Shown piece by piece: positions 12,619 through 23,800 of a DNA stretch of 64,000 nt. Within the stretch, counting starts at the first letter, position 1; every line of letters begins with the position of its first letter. The stretch covers positions 868,001 through 932,000 of the forward strand of contig OY253668.1 of NCBI GenBank assembly GCA_958009085.1, written 5' to 3'. Under the pieces are notes generated by a model, which saw only the letters and a program-made list of their open reading frames with translations, did no database searches and was not told where the DNA came from. Both the position numbers and the translations under genes were made by a program. This stretch comes from Protoeuglena noctilucae. Taxonomy: Eukaryota.

Positions 12619-15600
12619 ATGTCGGCGGCAACGGAGCAGAAAGTCCCCATCTGGCACGTCCTCGGGCCGGAGGTGATGACTCTGATGCGGGGTGTGCGGA
12701 GGGCCGCCGGGGGCTGTGTCCCGTCGACGCACGGTTCCATCGCCGCAAGGCCCCCCTGAACGCAGGAGCTCGTCGCCAGGGGGTTGTGCCCCGTCAAAAG
12801 GGAGCACGTCAGAGGTGGGGTTGCTGGAGTGTTGACGACTCGCACGCTCATTGCGCGTCGGTATGCTCGTGTCGCCTGGCGAGGCCACTGCAACACGCTC
12901 GCTGCCTTCAGTCCTGCATCGCGTGCTCGTCCCGGCCGGCGGCGAGGGCTCCGAGAACCGCAAGGGAGCGACGGTGCCAAGGAAGGGTCGGGACGACCGT
13001 TCGTCCGAGGTCTGCCACAGGTTTCTGCGGGGGGAGTGCACGTTTGGCGACAAGTGCCGGTACTCGCACGACGTGGACGGGTACTTGACGAAGAAGGAGC
13101 CCGACCTGCCTGGGACCTGCCCTGTCATACACGGTGACATGGCTGGGCTGGCTGGACACCACGCGTCCCCGCAAGACCCACCCACGAATGCAGCGCTCAT
13201 TGGCTGCCTGCAGCGCTGAAGGACCAGGGCTGCCCGTACGGGATTGCGTGCCGGTGGGCCTCCTCACACGCCCAGGAGCACGGCGCGGCGGTCGAGGCAG
13301 CGCCTGCGTGAGGGCGCGTGGCCGAGAGTGCCCGGGCAGAGCAAGCCCGCGTGCGCACCAGCTCATCCCCTGCCCTGTGCAATTGCCGCGCAGGCGCCCC
13401 GAGACGGTCACGGTCTGCGGTGAGATCTTCCCCGATGACGGCAGCATCCCTGTGGGCACGTTGCCGGTGCGGCCGCTGGAGACGGTGGCTGCGGAGGTGA
13501 ACTATCCATCAAAGAATCTGCAGAAGTCCCTTCGCAAGGGCGAATATCCTTTCACGTGAGGGCAAGGGAGGCCATGCAAACAGCTCATCAGCAACAGAGC
13601 AATGGCGACATGACCGCGCTGCGATACCCCCTCTGCAGCGTGGCGAGCCGAGTGCTTGCGGAGATGGGGGTGCGGGACAAGCGGAGCGAGAAGCGGCGCC
13701 GGGACGGCAAGGGCGCGGAGGGCAAGGGCCGCCAGGGGCCAGCAGCAGCCACAGGCCCTGAGGCAGGGGTGGAGACGGGGGCCGCGGTCACAGCTGGGGA
13801 CGCTGACGGCGGGCAAGCGTCGAAGCGCGGTAGAGAGCATGCCAGCGAGGCGGCACAGGCGGCTGGGGATGCGTTGGACGAGCGGTTGGGTGACGACGAC
13901 GCGGGACTCGTGGTGAAGCGACTGCGGGACGCGACGGGGCAGCGGGTGGCTGGCGCGGCACCTGCGGAAGGCAATGGGGAGAATGCGCCTGCCGCAGAGG
14001 AAGTGAAGCTGTTTGACGTCTCGCGGGCGTCGATGCCCCAGAGCGGGGGAGTCGACGTCCCCTTGCGGTGAGGGCGGCAGGGACCCCGGGTGACCCCCAC
14101 AGAGGGCCGAGTCCGTGCCACGTCAGGCATCGACGGCAACTCTCTGTCCCTCGCAGCCCTTCCGAGAAGCGCCGCATCGACTGGAAGGGCAAGACGTACC
14201 TGGCACCGCTGACGACGGTGGGCAACCTGCCCTTCCGCCGCGTGTGCAAGGCGTTTGGGGTGGACATCACCATCGGGTGCGCGTCGCCAGGCGTGGCGTC
14301 GAGGGGCTGGCCATGCGTGTCTGGGCGTCATCGCGATCGCCTGTTCCCGGCCCGCCGCAGGGAGATGGCGTTGGCGACCAACCTGCTCCAGGGCCACGCG
14401 CCCGAATGGGCCCTCCTTCGCCGCCACCCGTCGGAGGATTTGTTTGGTGTTCAGATATGCGGGGGTTTCCCAGACGCTATGTGCAAGGTGAGGGAGCGTG
14501 TCGAAGAATACAGCTGTCGCCAGCGGGGGTTGCATGCCATGGCGCGGGATGTTTCGTGGCATCCCTCGCAGGTGTCGGAAGTGGTGGACGAGGTGTGCAA
14601 CGTGGACTTCGTGGACATCAACATGGGCTGCCCCATCGACCTCATCTGCAACAAGGGCGCGGGCAGTGCCCTCCTGCGCGACAAAGACCTCTCCCGGATG
14701 GAGAAGATCGTGCGGGGCGCATCCCAGGTGCTGTCGTGCCCTCTCACGTTCAAGATCCGGCGGGGTTTCTATGAGAACAAGGACATTGCCCACGAGGTGG
14801 TGCAGAAGGTGGGTGCGATGAGCAAGAGTGGGCAGTGGCGGCGACGGGGCGGGGGCGCATGCCAGGTTTAGTGCCCCCGGCGCCGCTCCGCAGGCGGCGT
14901 CGTGGGGCGCGGAGGCGGTGACGCTGCACGGGCGCACGCGGCAGCAGCGCTACTCTCGCCTGGCCGACTGGGACTACATCAGGCAGTGCGCAGCGGTGTC
15001 CTCGGTGCCGCTCATTGGCAACGGGGACGTTTACAGTTGGAGGGACGCGGAGGAGCACCTCGCGTCGGGCGGCCTGGCCACGGGTGCGGCACATGCGCGA
15101 CGACCGCAGCTGCTGCCGCACCAGCAGCATTGCGCGTGGCGACCGAGCCGCGCCCCGTGCCTGCAGTCATGGTGGCGCGCGGGGGCCTCATCAAGCCGTG
15201 GATCTTCACGGAGATCAAGGAGCGTCGCGACTGGGACATCTCGGGCCCCGAGCGCCTCGACATGCTGAAGGACTTTGTGCGCTTCGGCCTCGAGCACTGG
15301 GGCTCGGACGCCCGGGGCGTCGAGACCACGCGGCGCTTCCTCCTGGAGTGGCTCAGCTTCCTGCACCGCTACGTCCCCGTCGGGCTCCTCGAAGTCCTGC
15401 CCCCCCGTATGCATCTGAGGCCGCCCGCCATCTACGGCCGCAGCCAGCTCGAGACGCTGGTGCGGCCTGGTCGGGGTGTCAACGCAGCGACGATAGCCAA
15501 GGCGCATGTTGGACCTGCCCCTTCGTGACCCGCCCCCCGCAGCTCGCGAGCGACAATGCGTCCGACTGGGTGCGCATCTCGGAGATGCTCCTGGGCCCCG

Positions 15601-15722
15601 TGCCGTCCGGCTTCAGCTTCGCTCCCAAGCACAAGACCAACTCGTACGTGGTGAGCCAGACGGACGTGGAGGCGCTGGGCGGGCAGACGGGCGCCACGGA
15701 GGAAGGGGACGAGAATGGGTAG
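12619..15722 (+). CDS. DUS3L: tRNA-dihydrouridine(47) synthase with N-terminal CCCH zinc fingers
   Basis: [20 protein letters not shown] zinc finger; [60 protein letters not shown]. Confidence 0.93.
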
Positions 15723-15835
15723 CACACGTGCGCAGCGGTGGCGTGCCGGGAGATGTCGCTTGTAGGAGGCGGTCCTGCCACATCATTGAAAAGTCAATGT
15801 CATCAATGCGAACATTCACAGCGAGGCAGCGGCGC

Positions 15836-17239
15836 CTATCCTTGACGCATCAGCCTCTGCGTCTCGGCGCACACCCGGAGCAGCTGCAGCGTCCCGTCGG
15901 CGCCGTCCGTGAGGCACTTGTCCGCCGCCGCCATCGCGAAAGCCAGCCGCGCCTTGACAGTGTCGCGGATGGCCGGGTCGCCCAGGCACGCGCTGGCCAA
16001 CTGCAGCAGCACCTGGTGCGCGGCGTGTCCGTCCGCGATCGTGTCCAACACGGCGCTCTCGAGCACCTCGAAGCTCGACTGCTGGCAGGCCTTGCGCAGG
16101 CGCGACAGGGCCGCGTCCGGCACCACCCCCGCCACGTCCAGCACCGCCGCGCTCCCCACCGTGCCCGCCCCCAGCCTCGCCGCCGACTGCAGCGACGTAA
16201 TCGCCCTCCGCATGTCCCCGCCCGCCACCCGCGCCAGCGTCTCCCCCGCCCCCTCGCCCAGTCGCAGCCCCTCCTCTGCGCAGATGCGCCCCACCCGCTC
16301 CAGCACCGTCTCACGGCCCAGGGGGCGGAAGCGGAACTTGGCGCACCGCGACGCCAGCGGCTGCGGTCACGGGAGGGCTCGCCAGTTGTCTCCCGGCCGC
16401 GCTGAGCCCGTCGCGCCTCATGCAGAGTGCCGCCTTGCGCTCCCACCTCGATGATGCGGGAGACGTAGTTGCAGCAGAAGCAGAAGCGGGTGACCTTGGA
16501 GTGGAGCTCCATGGTGCGCCGCAGAGCGCTCTGGGCGTCCTGGGTCATGGAGTCCGCCTCGTCGAGGATGATGAGCTTGTAGGGCGGGCACGGGTACCCA
16601 GGCACGGGAGGGCCCACCGCCTGTGGGAAGGCCGGCGATTCGCGGTCAAACAGCCACCTGAAGCAGCGTATGTAATGAGAGAATCCCATCTTCCGCCGCG
16701 CCAAGCCACGACGCGCACCTGGGAGGCAAACGCCTTAACTTTGTCCCGCACCACTGCGATGCCCCGCTCGTCCGAAGCGTTCAGTTCCAGCACCCGAGTC
16801 TTCATCAGTTCGGGACCGTACATCTCTCTGGCAATGGCCAGGGCTGCGGGTCGCAATGAGGGGCCCGAGATCGGCGCTTGGCCCCCTCGCACGTGGCAGG
16901 GGGCAGCGGTCCTCGCTCGGGCGGCCGCCGCGGCCCCATCCCCACCTGTTGAGGTCTTTCCCGTTCCAGGAGGACCGTAGAAGAGCAGGTGGGGGAGATT
17001 GTTGGTCTTGAGCGCCTGCGCGGGCGTTGCACCGAGCGGTTGCGATGGGCACGCTGAGGCCCCGCGCCGCTGGGTCCCCGCCTCCAAGGTCTACTGGAAG
17101 ATCCAAACAATGAGCAATTCTGAAACACGTCGCCCACGCAAGCACCCACCCTTTTGAGCGTGGCGACGACATCGTCTTGATACGCCACCTCGCCAACAGC
17201 CCGTGGCCTGTACTTCTCAACCCAGGGCTGTTTGGACAT
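15836..17239 (-). CDS. RFC4: Replication factor C small subunit (human RFC4 / yeast Rfc2 type)
   Basis: [21 protein letters not shown] (Walker A), [39 protein letters not shown] motif and [12 protein letters not shown]. Confidence 0.92.
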
Positions 17240-17526
17240 GGTCGCGGGCTGTGCTAGACAAGTCTGCAGCGACTCCCTCCTCCAGCGGCTGCTGGCGACG
17301 CTCGCAGCAGGGACCGCGGCTCAATCGGCAAACGCGAGGGTTGCGGCCAAAAGCCGGGTCTAGCTAAGTCTTAGAGGAAGTTCAGAGCATTCAAAACGCG
17401 CGGCATAGAGTAATGGCTTGCGCGCGGGGGCTCAATGCTATTTAGCACACCAGTGCCACCGAGAGGGACCTGTTCTTGCACCACACTGTCGACATCATCG
17501 GTTGCGCCGCCTGCAGCCCTGGAACA

Positions 17527-20443
17527 TCAGTTAATAACATGTGAGCGCGACAATGACATGCTCTGCACCGCCGACAGCGACGCGCGCAATTCACGGATCA
17601 TCCCTCGCTGGACCTCCAGCTCGTGCTTCAGCTGGGACGTGTGGGCCAGGCCTTGATTCGCATGCTGCAGGCCCTCCAGCCGCAACTTGAGTTCACGCAC
17701 CTCCTCCTGAAGAGCGGCCGCTCTCTTTTCCGCGTCATCTGGAAGGGGTCGTGGTATGACGTCAGGGTGTGCTGCGCGGGGGTCAGGTCGCAGCAGCTGC
17801 CCTCCTCCCCGCCTTACCTCGGTCTGCCCGGGCCTGCCTCAGCGCTGCCATGACTTCCGCTGCAGACCCCGTCGCAACCCCCGCGCCCCCCGGCAGCCCC
17901 GCTGCCCCCTCTGCCCTCCTCTGCGTGTCAGCCAGGTCGAGCCGCACGTCCGCCGCCTCTGCCGCGTCCGACGCCAGGACGGCACGGCAGTACGCCTGCA
18001 GACACGTGAACGCTCGTCATGCCGACCGGGTGACCCATCAGCTCGCGCGCTCATAGTGGCCTCTGCCGCACCTCGAGACGGCGCCGCGCGACCCGGCCGC
18101 GCCATACGCGCTGCACCTCCGTCGCAGCGCGAGACATGACGGCAAGGTCGTCCAATGAAAAGCCTCTCGAGGTCTCGCCCTCGACATCCCGGCGATGGCC
18201 ACCTGCCCTCGCGTGGGCACCTGGGCCAGCGGTGCTGGCGGCCTGCAAGAAAGGGAGCAGAGCATGGCATCAACTCTCTGGACCTCAGCCTGTGATGTCA
18301 ACCGCAAGCGACGAGGTCGGCGTCCACGCTCACCCCATGACTCGCATGCGAGCTTGGTGCTGCGCTGGACGGGGCATGGTGGGATGAGGGGCCAAGCGTA
18401 CCCCCACGAAGCCGTTCATTCTCCACCTGCAGCGCCGCCGCGAGCGCCCTGGCGTCGTCAAGCTCCTTCAGCGCAATCCGCGCACTCTGCAGGTATGAGC
18501 CGAGACCCCGACCCTTGTTCTTGCCTGCCGTGTTCCAACGAAGAGGCTGTTTCCAGCCGCGCCAAACGCACCCTGAGAGCCGTGCACGCCACGTTTGCTA
18601 GCTGCCGCTTCGACATGCCCCCTCGCCCAGCCGCCAGGAAGGGGAGGGGCGTCTCGGCACCCCTGTCCGACCGGTGCATGGACCGCCCCACGTCCGATCC
18701 CAGATCCTGGGACCGTAATACCCCCGGGCTCGGTGGGTACGGCCGCGTGTCCATGCGAGTGTAACCTGCATTCCAGAGCGGCGATGGGTTCACCAGGCTG
18801 TGCCGCCACGCCCGCCGCCCCGCATGCACGACTTCAGCCACGTACCAGCCTCGCCCTCCTTTGCCGCCTCGGGCGGGTGGCCCGGCCCGACGACCCCGGA
18901 GATCGCAACCCGCCGGACAAACGGTTTCTCCACGACCCCACTGGCAGTGGCGCTGGCAATTTCCCTGCGTCAGAGAACGAGCTCCATGCGTGCACAGGGA
19001 ATATGGTCGCCGTGCCTTGCATGGGCAGAGGTCCGTGCAGGAGCAGGGCAGGCCGCGAAGTCAGTGACACCCCGCGGGCCATGCCCATCACTCGCACTCA
19101 CGAGACGTGCCCCGTGGCTCCCCCCTCCGTGGGGTCCATCGCGACGAGGTGCGCCATGTCATTGACGGCGTTCATGGCCATGGACATCATTTTCACGAAC
19201 TCCGCCCAGTTGATCTCCCCTGCGCAGCGCACGCCAAGGGTGGGGTGTCGCAGCTGCTCGGCAGTGCGGAGGGTGGACAGCACGCAGGCACCACGCACCC
19301 GACCCATCCCTGTCGGCCAGGCGAAAAAACAAAGCCAGCTCCTCTTCAGATAGAGGGTCGCCCATTTCCGTCATGAAGCGCTGGAACTCGGCCTGCAGGG
19401 GCGACGCAGGGGACACCGTCGTGACTTGGCCCTGCGAGCCTCCCCGTACCCTTGCCAGGCGCTCCCGTCACCTTGGAGATGGTCCCGCTTTTGTTGTCAT
19501 CGAGCGCCTCGAACGCTGCCTGGAGGACGTGCAGCTCCTCATCCGCGCGCTTGGCGTAGTGGAACCACAGGACCGTGAACTGCGGGGGGCCGGTGTGGCG
19601 TTCCAGGTTGCCCTTATCGACTTGCAAGAAGGCGCGGCCTGGACAAAGGCCCCTTTGTGACGATTACCTCGATGACGTTGATCGTCCCTGTCTTGCTTGG
19701 GTCGATGCCGTGCTGCTTCATGAGGAGCTCCATTTGCACGCGGCTGCGGGCGACGCAGAGGTAGCTGGAGTGCTGGTACTGCCGCGTGCTTCCGGTCGCT
19801 TAACAACAGGCCAGCTGCGCACCACGGATTATACCCCAGCATGTTCATCGCCTTGATCGCCGCCTCGTGGGAGATGTAGCCCGTGCCCTTGTGGTCCTCC
19901 AAGGAAAAGCAGTGCTGCACCTCCTCCATGACATCGTCGTGAACCATGTACTGCACGACCTCTGCGCAGAACGCTGAGAGCAGCCGGGTTATGCAATCCC
20001 TTCAGCGCACACCGCTGAGAGCAGCCGGGTCATCCCACCCTGCGACCGCCCCTGCGCGCACGGATCTTGGCCGCGCGTCCCCGATAGCACAATTCAGATC
20101 AAATATGATACACTAGCGACGGCACCTGGAAGGACGGTGATGCGAGGCGCGTCGTTGTGGTCCTCGAGCGCCCCGCCTGAGAAACACAGCCTCATCTGCG
20201 CGACCAGGCGGGCGGTCATCTGTACGTGTGCATTTGTCAAAGATCTCTCAATGGCATGCTGCAGGATGACGCATCGGATTGCCCGCGCTCCGCCATGACT
20301 CCCGACATGGGCGCCGCCCATGTGGCAAAGGCCCTCCGACTCACCCGGCCCTTCATGGAGCGCGTCCGTTGCATGCGGCCTGGGGTTTGCCCGGGCGATG
20401 CCGCCGACTGCGGCTGCGGCGTGCTCTTGGGTCCTTGCCCCAT
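17527..20443 (-). CDS. Calmodulin-like EF-hand protein, apparently continuing by splicing into an IQ-motif/coiled-coil C-terminus
   Basis: EF-hand loops DHKGTGYISHE, DPSKTGTINVIE, DDNKSGTISKAE and DRDGSGEINWAEF. IQ motif AATEVQRVWRGRVARRRL near 18075-18130. The apparent stop at 19098-19100 lies inside a GTGAGT donor. Both gene ends are uncertain. Confidence 0.6.
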
Positions 20444-20896
20444 CGCCACGCCCCCCACCCTACACAAATGGAGACAAGGCCCGCCGACTCCAGCGGCGGC
20501 TTGGCCCTGCACAAAAAGGTCTTTATATCAACATAAAGCTGGCGTTCAGGCGGCGTCGGCAATGCCCTCGGCGAGCGGCGCAGCCACGCGGCCAGCTCCC
20601 GCGGCTTTCCCCTTCCAACGCTAAGCTGCGCGGCGCTGCAGATGGGCGCGGGCAGTTCATCACAAAGGGGCACTGTGCATCACGGGACGCGGCGCTGAAG
20701 CGCCAGTGATGCGCCAGTGTTGGATCGTTATCTGACTTGCCGCGCCGCAGCTTCGCCATCTCACCATCTTGCAGACTTTCGCGGCCCGAGAGTGCCATTC
20801 AAAAAGGGCATCAAACAACTACGGCTGCGCGCGGCTGGGCTGCAGCGTGCAAACGGCCGCCGGTCTGGCGGCCATCTCAAAGAGCAACAAGGGGCC

Positions 20897-23800
20897 TCAA
20901 GGCCGCAAAATCCTCGTGACAGTCTTGCTGCTAGTCCCCGGCTCCGTCTGGCCGTGCAGCGCGACGACCGCCCCGCCCGTGAAGAGCCCCCTGTCCCGGG
21001 CGAACTGGACGGCCCGGCCCAGGAGGGCGTCGATGTTGCTGATGTCCCCCAGGTCGTCCACCAGGAGCGCGTACTGCCCGAACGACAGGTTGACTTGCCG
21101 GCTGAGGACGGCGTTGTTGGTGACGATGATGCAGGGCACGCGGGGGCGGTACTTGGACACGAGGCGGGCCGCCTCGCCGTGCTCGTCCACCACCACGGCC
21201 AGGGAGGCGTGCACGTCGACCGTGGCCTCTGCGATGGTGGTCGCGGCCGACTCGAGCGTGCTGAGCGGCCGGGACGTGAAGTCCTCGATGAAGATGCCCA
21301 TGGCGTAGTAGTTGCACGCCCCCTCCGTGTTGCGCACGATGGCCGCCGCCGTCTCCACCACCTCGACGGGGAAGTCGCCCACGGCCGTCTCACTGGCGAG
21401 GAGGATGGAGTCGGCGCCGTCCACAACACAGTTGGCCACGTCCGTCATCTCGGCCCGCGTCGGCCGCGGGTTGCTCGCCATCGAGTGGAGCAACTGCCGC
21501 GCGATCGTCACGGGCTTGCCCGCGACGTTCGCCTTGGTCGTCAGCACCTTGGAGGCGAGCAGCACCTTCTCGGGCGTCACTTCCAGCCCCAGCGCACCGC
21601 GCGCCACGACGATACCGTCCGCCGCAGCCAGGATCTCGTCGATGTGCTTGATGCCGTCGACCGACTCGATCTTGGCGATGACGCGCGCCGAGTCGCACCC
21701 GATCTCGGCCAGCGTCTCGCGCACGTCCTCGATGACGCGTGCCGACCCCACGCGTGACACCTCCACGAAGTCGGGCTGCACGTCGCGCACGAACGTCACG
21801 TCGGAGCTCTCCTTGAAGTTGAAGTACCCCGACTGCGCGATGCGGCCGAGGACGCCGAAGGCCTTCTTGGAGCCCAGCTTGGCCGTGTTGATGGCCTTGC
21901 ACTGGTACTCGGCGTCCGACAGGCGCGCCACCACGCGGAAGGCGATGATGCCGTCGCTGATCATGAGCACGTCGCCCTTGTCGAAGGTCGGCGCGAGCTG
22001 CCACCACGCCACCCCGACGCGCGCGTCCTTGCCGTCGGACCACCCCGTGAAGAGCTCGGGCGCCCGCTGCACCTCGTCGTGCGAGCGGAAGTAGACCGTC
22101 ACGTCCTGGTCGGCCTTGATGTCGATCTTCTTGGCGGGCGAGCCGTCGGCGTTGACCACGTCGCACGTGTACATGCTCGGCGCCGTCAGCGACACGGTCA
22201 GGGGCACCGGGCGCCCCGCGCGCCGCGACGCCTCGGCCAGGGCCGCAGCCAGCTGCCGATTGTCGTCGTGCGACCCGTGCGACAGGTTGATGCGGGCCAC
22301 GTCCATCCCCGCATCGATGGCCCGCTGCAGCACCTCCGGCGTCCGCATGGCCGGCCCCAGGGTCACCACCAGCTTGGTCTTGCGTGCCGGCGCGTCCGGC
22401 TTAATGAGCATGTCCAGGTCGATGTTGACGGCGCGCAACGAGAGCGTCTTGGACACGATCTGCTTGTCCGTGTACTTGGCCGGCTGCGCCACGCCGAGCT
22501 CGTTGAAGTTGAGCCGGCCCGGCGCCATCGTGATGTAGAGCTGCCGCTCTGGGTTGACCTCCGTGTCGGCCGCCGCCTTGTCGAAGCCCAGGACGAGCGT
22601 CGACGTGATGACGATGACCTCCTTGCCCGAGACGCACAGCTTGTCGCGGACGGCCATGTTCATGGCCAGCCACACCTGCTGCTGCACCTCCTTGGCGTTC
22701 TTGGGCAGCGCCGCAATCACGTACGGGTAGACGCCGTAGAGCGTCTGGCACCGGCGCGCCAGGCCCGGGTCCGTGGTCAGCACCATGACCGGGACCGAGG
22801 GGCGGTACTTGGCCAGCATGGACGGCATCTTGCCGGCCTCCGAGAAGACCACGATGAGGCCCGGAACGATCTCCGTCGCCGTCTTGACCGCGCACGACGC
22901 CACGGCCTCCACCGTCCCCACCGGCTTGGCCGTGTACTCGTGGATGAACTCCCAGTTCTGGTAGTGGTTGATGCCGATCTCGGCGGACGTCACGATGCGG
23001 CTCATGACGGCCACGGTGGCGTCCGGGAAGTCGCCATTGGCCGTCTCACCCGACAGCATGACGGCGTCGACGCCGTCGAAGACCGCAGACGCCACGTCCG
23101 TCATCTCGGCGCGCGTCGGGAAGGGGTTGCTGATCATCGACTCGAGCATCTGGGTCGCGCAGATGACGAACTTGCCCGCGATGTTGGCCTTGGTAATCAT
23201 CCACTTCTGCGCCAGGGGGACCTTCTCCACCGGGATCTCCATGCCCAGGTCGCCCCGCGCCACCATAATGCCGTCCGTCTCGGCCAGGATGTCGTCGTAG
23301 TTGCGCAGTCCCTCGAAGTTCTCGATCTTGGAGATGATCTTGATCTTGTGCCCCCCCGCCTCGTCCAGCACGCGCCGGATGAAGCGCACGTCCTCGGCCG
23401 ACTGCACGAACGACGCGGCCACGTAGTCCATCTTGTGCTTGCACGCGAAGTTCTGCAGGTCGTCGATGTCCTTGTCCATCAGCACCGGCAGGTCGACCTT
23501 GACCCCCGGCAGGTTGCAGTTCTTGCGCTGCCCCAGCTCCTTCGTGTTGAGCACGCGCCCCCGGAGCTCCGTCTCGCTCAGGATCTCCACCACCTCGATC
23601 GACACCGTCCCGTCCGCCAGCAGGATCTTGTTCCCCGGCTTGACCGACTGGCACAGCTTGCTGTACGACAGCCCAATGCGCGTCTCCTTGTCCGTCTTGT
23701 ACCCCTCGAACTGCGTGTACCGGTCGCCCACCGCCTCCACCACGATGTCCTGCCCCGCCTCCAGCGTGATGTTCTTGCCCTCGCGCAGCATGGCCGTGCG

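Noticed and set aside
19973..20030. 18-bp direct repeat CGCTGAGAGCAGCCGGGT, two copies
   Set aside because: Only two copies, in an intron; a local duplication rather than a CRISPR array or a mobile element end.
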